The notes: generated by a model not told the origin, from the letters alone. Shown: positions 25,769 through 40,563, numbered from the stretch's first letter. The stretch is 64,000 bases of DNA from Octopus vulgaris (GCA_951406725.2 OX597832.1:34224001-34288000); one strand, 5' to 3'. Made by a program: numbers and translations.

Positions 25769-26012
25769 CGTAAATGTTTGTGTGTTTGTGTGTGTATAGG
25801 TTTATATATCAGTGTATGTTCCTTCTCCATCGCTTGACAACAGTTGTTGGTTTGTTTGTTTCGTATAACCTAGCAGTTCAGCAAATGAGAACCGATAGAA
25901 CAAGTATCAGACTTAGAAATTAAGTAGCGGAAGTGATTTATTCTATCAAAGTTCTTCAGGTTGTAGCCCCAGGTTGTCTATAGTCCAATGGCTGAAATAA
26001 GTAAAAGGTAAA
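25315..26012 (+). mobile_element. SINE family B expanded by internal microsatellites
   Basis: 5' accacgtggttttgggttcgat.. and 3' cgcttgacaac..gaccgatagaa..ctgaaataagtaaaag match 43125-43490. Confidence 0.7.
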
Positions 26013-26644
26013 ACCAAAATGAAATCCGCGATAATGAATAACTATAGAAACATCTTAAACACGATAGTCACGATTAGAATGACATTGATGATAGCTAGAT
26101 TAGAGCTACTCTGAGGCTAAACAAATAACAATATTATATAAAAAATAATATCATGTAATAGGGAAAACTCAATTTTGTGTAACCATGGAAACCTGAATTT
26201 CTTAATAAAAATAGTAATATTGATATGGAACTTTATTGTACGCGCTTGCAGCTACACACACGTGATAGCCATGTGAGAGGAATTTACAGAGGGAAACTAA
26301 AAGAAGTCCGTCTTGTGAGTATATATGAATGGCAAATGAAAGACGGAAGATGGAATATACGAGACTTTATTATTAACCACGACAATTGTTTCGACACATC
26401 TAGCAACGATCCCTCACGGGTGAGACACTCAACAACTACTCCAGGAGCATCCGACGGTGCAGATATATTTCGTCGGGTGATAAATAGATACAACTCGTTA
26501 AAATAACAGTTCCGCAATGTAACTTCTCGTTTTGTAGAAAGAAAAGCAGCCAGGCGGAGGAAATATCTTCATTGAATATAGAAGATCAAAAATAAAATCA
26601 TAGAAGAAGAAAAGAGAACGAACACGCAATATATATATATACAT

Positions 26645-26865
26645 GGTGGGTGTTATGTGTGTCTTTGTGTCTGTCCCCTATCACAACCGCTTGACAATCG
26701 GCGTTGGTGTGTTTACGTTCTCGTAAAATAGCAGTTCGGCAAAAGTGACCGATAGAATAAGTACCAGGCTTAAAGATAAGTACTGGATTCGATTCGTGCG
26801 ACTAAAATTGTTCAAGACTCCAGCATGGTTGCAATCTAATGATTGAAGCAAGTAAACGATACAAG
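26645..26865 (+). mobile_element. SINE family B 3' half
   Basis: Homology to 43280-43490. Confidence 0.7.
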
Positions 26866-27009
26866 ATATATATCCTTCCATTGTGATCAAACCAGGATCC
26901 GCAATGGGACAAAAATAACGTCCGCACTTCAGAAATATCTCTTCTCTGCAGTCTTTTTGTTTTCAAAATCACGTTTAAGTATCGAATGTTTGGGTAGAAA
27001 ATTGTGTCT

Positions 27010-27660
27010 CAAGTTGCCATGAAATAGGACCGAACCTGACCATTGGTCATAACAAAAACCGTATCATAACCACACTGACATACTATAAGCTTAGCTATTC
27101 ATTATTTTAATTTTTATTATTAATAAGATGTTTTAAGCTCAGAGGTTCTGAAAGAATATTTTAAGCCAATATTTCGTTCGTGGCGGAGCCTGCTGGTTAC
27201 GAAGGGATCGTCAATAATCCTACGGTCATACTTGCGATAAAAGATTTTTTTTTTTATCAAATGTCTTTAGGGTTAAAAGTTTTAGGAGAAAGTTTTAACA
27301 CAAGGTTTTCTATACGGGAATTGAATTAAGCATCTGTTCGTTACGAAAGAGAACATTATAACCAAAGATATACTTCCTTCCTTTACACAGTTTTTTGATA
27401 AAACTGTTTTGGCATTCAGGATTTGGATGAAAACTTTTACCCGAGGTTCCGGGAACAGGAATTGACCCAGATATCTGGTGATTACAATGAGAACATTATT
27501 CATACTGACATGTTTACGATAAACGACTTTTGCTAAAAGAAAATTCGTTGCGGTGTCAATGATTCTAAACTAAGGTTTCTTGTAGGGGAATCGAACGTAG
27601 TATCTGGCGGTTAGGAGAAAGAGCTGTATAACCAGAGAGACATGCTTGTGCAACACAGCC
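27010..27660 (-). repeat. Degenerate tandem array of about five tRNA-like units, spacing about 130-160 bp
   Basis: Recurring aggtt...gggaat(c/t)gaa...atctg...ataacca units at about 27011, 27143, 27302, 27443 and 27572; minus-strand B box GTTCGATTCCC at 27586-27596. Confidence 0.55.
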
Positions 27661-28320
27661 GTTTGATTAAAATGTTCTAATGTCAAAGTGATAAAGGGTT
27701 TAGTCCCATTAATTTACTATATTGATATATTTTTAGGTATAAATGAGGTAATCTAGTAGCTTCTGGAATCAATAAAGTTCATAATATATCAAAATACATA
27801 AGACTGGTTTTGAGTGGTGGAGTCGGAGGTGGGAGAGGAAATGTTGGTGGCGGCGAGCGGTGGTGGTGGTGGTGGTGCCGGTGGTGGAATGGGTACAGTT
27901 GGGTGAAAGGGGGTGGAGGCGGGTGCGATGATTACTCGTTGGGAACATAAATATTGGTGTTTGTAGTGATAAGCCAGAAAGCAAAGAGAATAAGCTACAA
28001 AGATATAAGCATACACACGTGTGTATGTGTATGCGTATATATATATATGTATATATATATCGGTGTATATGTATGTGTGTATATATATATATGTGTATGT
28101 ATATATATATATATATATATCGGTGTATATGTATGTGTGTATACTAATATACACGCATAATATAAATGCACATATATATATATATATTTATACATACAAA
28201 TACATATATATGTATGACATATACATATAATATATGCATATAAAAATACGCAAATTTTTAGTTTTTATGTATGTATAGGAATATATATTTATGTATATAT
28301 ACAGAGAGAGAGATAGATAG

Positions 28321-28371
<51 letters not shown>

Positions 28372-28615
28372 TGTTTGTAAATGCTCATGCGTGTGTGTAT
28401 ATATCCACTCACAAATATATATTATATATGTATGCATGTATATATGTACTATATAGGTGTGCAAGTATGTGTGGTGTATATACATATATATGTAACGTAT
28501 ATACATATATATATGTAATGTATATATATATGTGTGTATATAATTTATATATACATATATATGCATATAAATATGTGTGAATATACACATACATCTATGA
28601 ATATATAGATGTAGT

Positions 28616-28667
<52 letters not shown>

Positions 28668-28691
28668 CATATATGAATATTTAGATGTACG

Positions 28692-28728
<37 letters not shown>

Positions 28729-29730
28729 ATATATGAATATTTAGATGTACGTATATATATATATATATATATACACACACATACATATATGAATATTTAG
28801 ATGTACGTATATATATATATATATAGATGTATACACACACACAGAAATACATAATCTACGACACTAAAGAAGGGAAATTGATAAGGATATTAAGAGGACG
28901 AGAATAATAACGGCTTATTGTTTTGTTGATTTTTTTTATTACATCATTTTTTTTCTGTTTCTTTTTCCTGTTGAAACTGTTTAAGGTTCAATCAACTATT
29001 TTATAGGTTTCGAGCCCGTCTGTGTTCTTGTTGTTGCTGTAACTAATGTTGTTATTTTTGCACCATAATTATGTGTGGATACCTCTACGCACACGCACAC
29101 ACACACACGTACACACACACAAACACACACGCACACACACACACATTATGTCTCTTTATGAATGTACATAAATGTAACATAAATCCAATATGTGTGACAT
29201 TCTGTAAGCACGGATTATTAGACATATATTGTGTATATGTTATAAATGTGTGTGTGCTCGTTTGTGTGTGTGTGTGTGAGTGTTTCAGTCTGTATGTATG
29301 TATGTGTGTGTGTGTGTTGCGTTCACTGAGTATTATGTGCTGTGCTTACTAAGTAAATCGCAATTTCTTAATAAATACTAATATTTATTTGGTTGTTCAT
29401 TAACGAACACGCGCGTAGTCACATACATTATGGTGTATTGAGTATATATATGTGTGTGTGGGAGGGTGTGCATGGTGTTTGTTTAGTGTGTACGTACCTG
29501 TGGGTGTGTATGCAATTCAGTTATAGATATTGGTGTGTACTTATACATACATATATTTAGATAGATATGCCTACACATGTATCGTTTTGTATGTGTATAC
29601 ATACATACATACATACACTAAGAGATTGATAGACCGACAGACAGAGATAGATACAGCCATATACATGCACACACAACCTCATGTACATATATAAATGTAT
29701 ACATAAATATACACACATATATGTATATAA

Positions 29731-29772
<42 letters not shown>

Positions 29773-29874
29773 CTTCCCTCCATAAATAGAAATATCGGCA
29801 CACAAACACACCACACACACATACATACATACATACATACATACATACATACATACATACATACATGCATGCAT

Positions 29875-32850
29875 AGTATGTCATTATTCAGTTTATTTCA
29901 AGATTTCTTGCCAATAGAGAAAGAACCGGTTTCTAGCCTAGATCCAAGGTTCCTTCATTGGAATTTCAACATCAGCAACAGGGTATTTTTGTATGCATGT
30001 ATGTATGTTTGTATGTGCAGATTTGTATGTTTTATGCATGTATTCTCATGCATATAGTTGCATGTCTAAGAATACTCATATATATTTAAATGATAAACCT
30101 CTTGAAATGTTTTACAGCTTTTCACAGTTCCAGTGATGGATTGGATCTGTAGTCTTCGAAGTAGCTTTCTCCTTTCTGGTTTTGAGAAGCGTAATTTCTC
30201 AAGATTGGTATTTAGTCAGTATGTTAACTCTCCCAGGGCCCCAATAATTACGGGTATAAACCTGAACTTGGAATCTGGATAGAGTAACTGCAGATTTCTC
30301 AACAGTTCAGTATAGGGGGTTCTCTTTTTCATTGATCTTCAGCTTTATGTTAACAACCGCTGGGCAGCTAATTTCCACAAGTGTGCACAGTTTCTCATCC
30401 TTATCCCAAATCATTATATCAGGTCTGTTGTGCTTAAATTTTATTGAGCTCTTCACTGGTACATTCCACCAGTATTCCTTTTTATTACGAGTGGCTGTGG
30501 CTTCTACTATATTGTGGGTTCTTATTTCTTTGTACTCAGGATTATCCTTCCGACAGATTTCACTATAGGCGTCCTAGCTACAACGTCATGTCTCATCGGA
30601 AGATAATACCATGACGACATTTTCGGACATCTGCTTATGATGTGGATGTCTTCAGTGTGAACTCCACAAAGTCTGTATCGTTTGTCACATTTTACGGCTT
30701 TTCCAGCATTTCTATCCCTTTTGTGCATCAGGTACTTGGTTGATATTTCCTGTTCCCGAATTGCAAATGCATACCCTTTAAAGTGGGAGATAGTAATCCG
30801 GCTATTCGTCCATGATAAGCAGTTTTGATGATCGATGTTACTATCATCTCGGAGCTTTCTACAAACATATCCATGCATAGTCTTCTGCTCACACAGGCTC
30901 ATCCTTTCATCTGGTATTTTGCGGTAGAGTCGTGCGTCTTCTTTGGGTATGTATTCTAGGTTATCATACAAAGAGTATTGCTCAAGGAGCTGCCTTCCAA
31001 GTCTAATGATGTTATCAGCCACATGTATGCAAACTTGGTCAAGAGACATTTGGTGGTTAGAATATGTTGCCAAAGGGATATGATGCGACATTCAAATGCA
31101 TTTTGGATAGATGTTAAGCCTCTTCTGCCTTGTTTAGATAGAGGCGGTCTACGTCACTGTTTATGTGAAAATTATGTGTGCTTGTTAGTATTTTTCAGAT
31201 TTTCAAATCAATGGCTCCGATCTCATCAAGTAGCCCAAATGGGCAAACATATTGTGGGCCACTGTTTTATTGAATCCAGAAAGGTCTGAGTTCCAAATTT
31301 TCTTTATTCGGCTGTAATATTCTTTAGTGACATGTGTTTTGTTACAGGTGCCACTGTAAGATATATTTTCAGCCACCCCTAGATACCTGTAACATTCCTC
31401 GTCAGATACAGGAGAAACAGTCAAATCATTGATGGAGATGTTACTAGTCTGGTTTGTAGTTTTCCCCCTTTTCACACCTATAAAACAACATTTGTCCTGA
31501 CCAACCCTACATCCTTTGAGAATGTTGTAACTAGGTTAAGGCTCTTTTTCGTCTCAGGCATATTCTTTGCATAAAGTTGTAAGTCATCTACAAAGAAACA
31601 GTGTGCAATTTTAGTATTTATGTTTCCTTGTGAACCAGTGAGATATCCTTCAGACTTCCTTAATATGACTGACAAGGGGTTTACAGAAAGTATAAACAAC
31701 ATGACAGAGAGGCTGTCTCCTTGGAATATGCCTTTGTGATACTGTGTTCGATCGGTGGTAATACAGTCACGCTTCGTGTTTAATTTCAAGATGATGGCCC
31801 AGACTCCCCTCTTCCCAGCTACTCTTTCTGCTGTGATAATGTTATTGGTGTCATAATGGTCCTGGAGGAAGAGGTTTAAACATGCTCTATATATCTTATA
31901 CATTAAGGTCTGGCATGCAATTGGCCTGTAGTTTTTTGCCATGTGGATGTTTCTGCATTTGGGGATCAATTTTGTCTCTGCCAGAGCTAACCAGTGTGAT
32001 ATGCTTGCTGGTACAGATTGATAAGATGTGGGCGGTAGAATGTTAGCTTCTTGTACCACTATCCAACATTCGGGTCTCTTCCAGGTACTTTTCCATTCTG
32101 GAGTTTCTGGATCCCAGTTGCAAGTGTTTCGCCCTCAATGCTGTATGTCTTGGATGTAATGCAGGAGCAATAACTTTTTCGGATTTCTTCAAGCCACAGA
32201 GCATCTTGGTTAAATTCCTTCTCTTCACTCCAGATTTTCCCTTCTGTGATATTTACTGCTCCTCCCCTCATGTCTCTCTATACTGCTGCCTGGTTGCGGT
32301 TAAAATTTCTGTTTATTGTTCTTCTCTCGGCTGTTCTCTTCTGATGTCGGAGCTTTTCCCTGACAGTTTTTAGCTGCTACTTTAGGCTAATCAGTTTGCA
32401 AGTGAGTGTCCCCTTTTTGCTGTCTCCAAACATCCTTTCAATCTCCTTCTTTACTTTCTGTTTTTGGGACGTAGAGAGATTTGCTTGTTTGCTTACAATA
32501 AGCATCATTATATGATAGATGGTCTTCCCTAAACCAGTAATCTTTTTCTCTGTCTTCAAAACCCATGATGGTACTTTCTTTGTTATTTCGATTTTGTTTC
32601 CTCTTTGAATATCGTTCATGGACTGTTTTACAATAGTAGCCAGAGCATACAGACAGGCGTTAATCTTCCAGTATGTGAGTTCACCACACTGTTGTAAATA
32701 CTCATCACCAATTTCGTAAACATCTTTTAATACTGTATCTGATGGGATTTTTTTACTTACTTTGGTAGAGAATACTCTCTCCTTGAGAGAGTCCTACAAA
32801 GCCAAAGTTATTTCAGTAAGGGCACAGTTTTCCGGCATATAATCCTCATT
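29875..32850 (-). mobile_element. R4/Dong-clade non-LTR retrotransposon (RT, zinc knuckle, restriction-like endonuclease), decayed and internally deleted
   Basis: NYRPIAC, KGIFQGDSLS, FVDDLQLY, YRYLGV, RLCG..EDIHIISRC..RHD, and NRPDIMIWDKDEKLCTLVEISCP..IIGALG; many frameshifts. Confidence 0.9.
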
Positions 32851-35462
32851 ACTACTACTACTACTACCACCGCCACCACCACCATTACTACGACTACTAC
32901 CACCACCACCACCACCACTACCACCACTATTACTACTACTACTACTACTACAATAATGTATGTATGTATGCATGTATGTACATTAAATACTGTTTGGCTA
33001 AAATCTTAAGAATTCTTAAACTGAAAGAAATGCTAGCTTATATGTTGAGAGTTGTCTTTCTGCCCACTAATTAAATACGCAGATTTAATATCATCGCTGG
33101 AAAAAAATCAACCATAGTATTCGATGGATGGATTTGGAGTGGATATGAACGGAGCTGTACCGAATAGAACAGATGCTTCATCACTCTGAACACGACAAGG
33201 GTCGAAAAGAGAGGGAACTTATATAAAACATGTCACCTAAAAACTAGCAAAGAAACGAAATCGGAAGTATTTGACAGCTAATAGCTCTAGAAAGTCCTAA
33301 GTTTCAAATGGAATGACTTTATCAGCAACGAAGAGGTCAAAAGAGGATCAGACCAATGCTTTGTGTCTATCACCATCTGTAAACACTGACTGAGTTGGTT
33401 GGAACACGCCAGAAAACTCCTGACGAACAGACTTGCTAACTTTCAAAGTTTCCAAGATGAATTGACACTAAACGATCGACAGAGACCTTTAGCTTTTAGA
33501 CGTACAGTAGAATGATGTACTGAGGGTGGCTGCTGACTACTCTTGCTGGAGTACTTTAATCGCATCATTTATTAACTGATGCAGAAGCACTAAAGGCTAA
33601 GTTTTCTCTGAAAGCAATTCCTCATCGCCTTCTTCAATTATCTCATTAAGAGATAAGGAAAGGTTTATCTCCAAACAATCTTATAATGTTTTTGGAGAGG
33701 GCTTAAATTAGGTAAATGAGCCCACCATAATTTTCAAGGAAGCTCTTTGCTTGCTACTCATTTCTTTTTTGAGCGGGGAGGTATTACTTTATTACTATTT
33801 ATTTTTATCTATTTTATTTAGGTTCCTTTAACTTTTTTGTCCACAGTAACCTTTTACTAAATGTAAACGGCCGTCCCACCCGGTTTCGTGATATAGTCTG
33901 GTTGTAGTTTCCTTCCGAATCTAATAATCTATATTTTAACAAAAAATATTAACAAAGTCTATCACATGTACTTTTTAATGAAATTTATTGGCCAGCGATA
34001 AGGCGCAGTAGAATAGACGTCCTGTAGAAATAACAACCGTATGCAACTGGTATATAAACATTATTTGAAAGAACAGAAACTATTCAATATATAGCTGTTG
34101 GTTCATTGGTTGCTTACTTCTATTGCAAAGGGAGAGAAACTTGTTGTTAGTGAAGTAAATTAGAGTTTAATAACGTGAAGTATATCGTATAATCTTAATA
34201 TCTATATTTTAATATTCCCAGTTAAGGGGAAGGCTTTGCCAGCAGCCACGTGTCAGGCGTTTATTAATAAATTCATACAGCGCTAATACACTACCTTGAA
34301 GTTAGCAAGGAATTTAGATTTCAATGTGGTCTTCTTCGTTTTTTAGAGAATGTATGAAGAGGGATATTTGGCTATTATTCCAAGACTGTTGAGCGATTAT
34401 GGCATAGTAAAGTGAGCGGGTAGTTTTTAGCAGTATTAATGGATGTCTGAACAAACCATGTATTTCTAATAAATCTCAGTGATTCCAAAACTATATTCAT
34501 TTATACATGGAAGGAATAATCAAACGGATCCATAATTTTTAAATTGGATGAGAGAAATAAAATGCTACAGTAACAGAGCATTATGCAATGTGTCTAATGT
34601 CGCAATACAAACTCACAAAACCGATTTAACGAAGCATGATTTTTGCAGCTAAACATAAAAAAATGGTGCTGTAATAATCTAATATTCGCAATAAAATATC
34701 AAAGCAGTTTTTTCTAAAAGTAAAATAACAGAATTAGAACTAGTGTTAGTAGCATTTGTAGTTTGTCATACAAATATTCATCGCAGCGATTATTTAAGAG
34801 AATATATTAATAAAACAATTCTTTCATCACAAATTGCTGTTGCTTTCAAACTCCATAGAACTAAATGCGTAACACTTATAAAAAATATTTTCTGTTCTAT
34901 CCTTATTAAAATAACATATTAAAGATATAAGTAATAGTTAATACCCTTTGATTTTGAATGAGTCAACGAATATATCTTGTGAAAAGCATCAATGAGTGCG
35001 TGCTTTAGACATTACTATAAATGATAAAAAAAAATTTATCACAGTTTTTTTAGGTTTAATTCTCTTAGCATAACACCACTGCGTAAGTGTTGAATCAAGT
35101 TACGTAATATATATCGAGTGATGAGAGAACTGATATTAAAAACAAACAACTGTTTTACTCTTGTAACACAGAACTTCAAACCTTTGTGGCAAAAACATTC
35201 CTCAATATACGTTCAACAAATTGCATAATCTAAACTTGATTCACAGAAAATATATCTGTTGCTCTCTATTTTGTATATTTCTATGCTGCAAAGAGAAACT
35301 TAACATAAAAATAGATTAATTAACGATGGTGAATAATAGGTGACGATGATTCCCCTTTAGAGAACAAGGCAATTTGGAAGAATTTTTTAAGAAAAGAACG
35401 GTGAAATGCATTAAAATTATATTTTCAATGGCGTCTCGTTGCTGTGATGAGTATTTGTCTCG

Positions 35463-35840
35463 TATTTGTTTCAGTCATTGCACTGCAGCTATACTGAGGC
35501 CCCACCTTGAAGGATTTTCGTAGAACAAATTGACCCCAGACTTAATTGAAAATCTGAAACTTATATTGATCTCTCTTGCAAAAACCGGGACTTCAACAAC
35601 TCTAGTCAAGCGATGAGTGGGAGATGAAAAATACAGGTGTGACACACACACGCGCGCGCGCGCGCATACACATACATATACGACGGGCTTCTACAGTTTC
35701 AGGACGACCAAATTTCCTCACAAAGTTTTTGTGTCGATTAATACCTAAGGGGCCTTAACCAAAGTGTCGGACTGTGAGATTGAATCTGAAGTTGCATGAT
35801 TGAAAAAAGGAGTTTCTTAACCCCACATCTATCCTTGTGC
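35463..35840 (-). mobile_element. SINE family B, degenerate
   Basis: Reverse-complement homology to 43125-43490. Confidence 0.65.
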
Positions 35841-36241
35841 TTCACAGACAACGAAGTGCAAAATAATTTCATATTCTGGATTCAGAGACACCTAATGACC
35901 TTTGCTGGATATCTAAATGACCTGTGGTGAGAAAATTCAAAAAACAAAAGGTAATTTGGTTTCCTAAGAGGAATGGTGAATCCTGAAGAATACTGAATTA
36001 AGTAAGCAGTTTTGCATTGTCTATGTTTACAAGAATTCTGCACCTCTTGAATTTTAGACACTGAATCGCAGAACCGTCCTGGGTTACTAAAATTGCTTTC
36101 GATGCGGCTTTTATAACCTTTTGGGGAATGAAATTTTCCGAGAACAAGGAATTGATGTCAAACAGCTTTAAAAGGCGAATGTGCATAGAACTTTTGAATC
36201 GTATGCTTAGAAATGCTGTAACTTTCCAAATTGTTTAAAGC

Positions 36242-36293
<52 letters not shown>

Positions 36294-36394
36294 GTGTGTG
36301 TGTGTGTGTGTGTGTGTGTATTTATATATAGAATTCAATTATTTTCTCAGTTAACTCTTAACTCCAACATCTCCATTTTCTTTGTTTCTTTTGC

Positions 36395-36710
36395 ATCAAA
36401 TCTGATTTTACTTGTGCCTCAGAAAACCTGATTCATGTTATAAGATGCTCGAGCTGCCACCAAAATTACATCAGGTCCACAGAATTATCGCTCAGACGCA
36501 GATGCACTCTGTACCGACAGCAGATTGCATTCTCAGAACACAGAATGATACCCTTTAGTGAACACATTGAGAGATGCGCAAAGCAACTGCTACCACCATT
36601 TGTAATCTTTCCATTTTATCAATGTACCATTGGAACACTAACACAAGTTAGATTTAATAAGAGAACCTACTTCTTTGAATAATATATGCCAAAACTTAAC
36701 CATTTCTAGC
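36395..36710 (+). pseudogene. Penelope-like (Neptune-type) GIY-YIG endonuclease fragment absent from the ORF track
   Basis: Reads IKSDFTCASENLIHVIRCSSCHQNYIRSTELSLRRRCTLYRQQI..SEHIERC..IFPFYQ..R..YFFE*YMPKLN. Confidence 0.8.
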
Positions 36711-36907
36711 ATTTTTAAATAAGGAAACTTACCTCATTGAAAAAATATAAAGCAAAACTTAACCACTTCTAACATTTTCCTAACATGACGATTCAAATAT
36801 ATTCTTTAACCATATAATACGGGTCTTCTGTAGTTTTTTTCATTCTATTTTGTTTCTTATACATCCAACCACGTGCTTTCACAAACCAACTCTCTCACCC
36901 CTGTGTG

Positions 36908-36957
<50 letters not shown>

Positions 36958-37649
36958 GGCATGGGATGAATACAATAAGACAAACTCTGCCCCTGAGACT
37001 TGAACCCACATTGCCTGTAGGTATGACAAACGCTCGACTATTGTGATTGTTTTCTATTTAAAAGGGGTTTCAATCCCTTTTAGATACGATTTATTTATAG
37101 ATTTACAGGGACTTCGAGAAACAATTCCAAAGAAGTATTCACGTTCTCTTGAAATTAATTATTTTTTATGACGTCAACAACAACAACAATATATATGTGA
37201 GTGTGTGCGTGTGTGTATGTATATATGCATGTATATATATATACATACATACACACACATATGTGTACATATATATAATTATATATACACACACACATAT
37301 CTGACAAGGACACTTGTACGCAGTCGATCGACATGCGAAAAGGAGCAACCAAATCTCTCTCAGATCACACCTTATCCTCTTACTTAACGAAGTTACCACT
37401 GGATTAAGCAGTCTTATAAATGTAAAATGACGATTGTGGCGGAGCAGTATAAACATCTCTGAACATACGTTTGTTCGATCGTATCTGACCTGGGGCTAAA
37501 CTACCACTACTACGACGACGACAACGGCTACTACTGCTACTACTATTACTACTACTACTGCTGCTGCTATTACTACTACTACTACTGTCACTACTACCAC
37601 CACAACTACTTCCATTTGAGTCCATTCCTGAAAGTGTCAACTATTATAT

Positions 37650-37666
37650 GTGTGTGTGTCTTTATA

Positions 37667-37718
<52 letters not shown>

Positions 37719-37721
37719 ATG

Positions 37722-37752
<31 letters not shown>

Positions 37753-37765
37753 GTATGTGTGTATG

Positions 37766-37862
<97 letters not shown>

Positions 37863-37865
37863 ATG

Positions 37866-37896
<31 letters not shown>

Positions 37897-37909
37897 GTAT
37901 GTGTGTATG

Positions 37910-37940
<31 letters not shown>

Positions 37941-37967
37941 GTATATATATATATGTTTGTATATATG

Positions 37968-37998
<31 letters not shown>

Positions 37999-38024
37999 GT
38001 TTGTATATATATATATGTTTGTAT

Positions 38025-38058
<34 letters not shown>

Positions 38059-38275
38059 GTATGTATGTATATATGTATGTATATATATATGTATGTATAT
38101 ATGTGTATGTATATATATATGTATGTATATATGTGTATGTATATATATATGTATGTGTATATATATATATATGTATGTATATATATATATGTATGTATGT
38201 ATATGTATGTATGTATATGTATGTATATGTATATATGTATGTATATATATATATATGTATGTATGTATATATATG

Positions 38276-38307
<32 letters not shown>

Positions 38308-38313
38308 TATATG

Positions 38314-38345
<32 letters not shown>

Positions 38346-38394
38346 TATATGTATGTATGTATATATATGTATATATATATATATATGTATGTAT

Positions 38395-38435
<41 letters not shown>

Positions 38436-38509
38436 TGTGTATGTATATGTATGTATATATATATGTGTATCTATATATATATAATTTATATATGTATACA
38501 TATGCGTAG

Positions 38510-38557
<48 letters not shown>

Positions 38558-38560
38558 AAT
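37650..38560. repeat. (TA)n/(TATG)n microsatellite tract
   Basis: Seen directly. Confidence 0.95.
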
Positions 38561-39426
38561 ATATGTGTATGTATGCATGTGTAGGTGTGTGTATGGATAT
38601 CAGTGCATGCTTACATACACTTATAAGTATTATTTCCTGCATATGCATCTGTGTGTGTGTGTAGATTCCTATGAGTGTATACAGATGTGTTTGCGAGTGA
38701 GCATGCGTCGTAATTCATTGCGTCTTTGTATTATACCAATCAATATATTTCGAACTATCGAAACTAAAGCACGTTTCGACTCTTAACTTTATAAGTTAAA
38801 TCTCAGTAGAAATCCTCTGTAATCTCTCTTTAATCCCGTATTATACCGTCATATTATGCTTTGCATTTTTGTTAGACTATAATATAAATTCTGTAATGAA
38901 ACAACAAATATCATAGAAGGAAAGGTAAGGAAGATATTAAAAGAGTTGGAATGAGACTTCTGCTGCTGACGTTGGTGCCGTTGCTGCTGCGGCTGCTGCT
39001 GCTGCTAAGTTGCTGCTGCCGCCACCGGTCTTGCTACAGCAGATGATGATGCTGATACCAATGCTGCTGCTGATGATGATTATGACGATGATGATGATGA
39101 GGAGGAGGAGGAGGACTATGAGGATGAACAGTCCAGAAGTTATTTTGTTATGTATCGTACTTATTCTATCAGTTACTTCTGCCGTTTCGCTATGTTACAT
39201 AAATGTAAACATCTAACACTGGTTGTCAAGTAGCGTGGTAAACACAAGCACAAAAACATATATATATATATATATGTATATATATAGAGAGAGATGTACT
39301 CGCATAGCAAGTGATTTGATCTGAGATCGTGTGCTGGAACGAAAACAATTGCAGCGTGGAAGGTGTTTGTAAGCCATTTAAGAAACACACAAAAGCCGTT
39401 CGATTCACTTCAACATTTAAGTTTAA

Positions 39427-39477
39427 TTTGTCAAAATATTTTCGTCGCTATAAAACCGCGACCTGTTCACTGACAAA
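39427..39477 (-). ncRNA. Minimal type I hammerhead motif, G3:C8 core
   Basis: tttgtca-GUGAACA-g-GTCGC ggttttata GCGAC-GAAA-ATAT-UU-tgacaaa; 7-bp stem I, 5-bp stem II, palindromic stem III. Confidence 0.65.
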
Positions 39478-39514
39478 AATCCGTGCTGCATTTCTGATTT
39501 TTGCAGCACGGGAT

Positions 39515-39565
39515 TTTGTCAGTGAACAGGTCGCGGTCTTATAGAGACGAAAATATTTTGACAAA
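39515..39565 (+). ncRNA. Second G3:C8 hammerhead motif, on the other palindrome arm
   Basis: Same motif with one stem II mismatch (GAGAC). Confidence 0.6.
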
Positions 39566-39899
39566 TTAAACTTAAATGTTGAAGTGAATCGAACGGCTTT
39601 TGTGTGTTTCTTAAATGGCTTACAAACACCTTCCACGCTGCAATTGTTATACATATATATATATATACGTGTATATGTATGCATGCACATATGTATGCTT
39701 CTTAATCACGCAGTCATCTTTAATTATATTGAACTCTAAAATCTTACGATAAATACTTCATACGCAACACAATTGTGTAGAACGATATATGGAGAAACCC
39801 GAAAAAAGCAAATTCCCAAAGTAAAAAATATAATGAAAGAAATTTTGTCGAGATAGCCATGAAAAATTCCACAGTAGTCCGACTTAACAGACGCTCAAA

Positions 39900-39973
39900 C
39901 GCACACACACACACACATATATATATTTATGTATGTATGTATATATACATATATATATATGTATGTATGTATG

Positions 39974-40023
<50 letters not shown>

Positions 40024-40365
40024 CATATATATGTATGTATATATATATATATATATACATACATGTATGTATATATATACATATATATATATGTATGTAT
40101 ATATGTATGTCTGTATATATATGTATATATATACATATATATATATGTATGTATGTCTGTATATATATGTATATATATACATATATATATGTATGTATAT
40201 ATGTATGTATATATGTATGTATGTATATATATGTATATATATGTATATATATATATATGTATGTATGTATGTATGTATATATATGTATGTATGTATATAT
40301 GTATGTATATATGTATGTATGTATATATATGTATATATATGTATATATATATATATGTATGTATG

Positions 40366-40418
<53 letters not shown>

Positions 40419-40501
40419 GTATGTAAATATATATATAAATTCACAAATTCATGCATATACATGTGTGTGTCTGTATGTGTATTTGTGTGTGTGTATGTAT
40501 G

Positions 40502-40559
<58 letters not shown>

Positions 40560-40563
40560 TATA
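39900..40563. repeat. (TA)n/(TATG)n microsatellite tract
   Basis: Seen directly. Confidence 0.95.

Larger units (their letters stand above)
39344..39648. repeat. Near-perfect palindrome, 147-bp arms, 11-bp spacer
   Basis: 39344-39490 is the reverse complement of 39502-39648 with only a few mismatches. Confidence 0.95.

Noticed and set aside
26378-26430. Minus-strand GAAA-CAATTG-UC with cac/gtg flanks
   Set aside because: The core is disrupted (CCGTGA) and stem II is weak; it may be a dead hammerhead, but I cannot support the call.
29905-29965. Hammerhead-like GAAACCGGTT in the R4/Dong 3' UTR (minus strand)
   Set aside because: The upstream core reads AUGAAGG, with no 3:8 pair and no A9. 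It is better explained as a plain 3' stem-loop.
36980-37050. tRNA-like B box (minus strand GGTTCAAGTCT)
   Set aside because: No cloverleaf can be formed; probably a SINE head remnant and not a tRNA gene.
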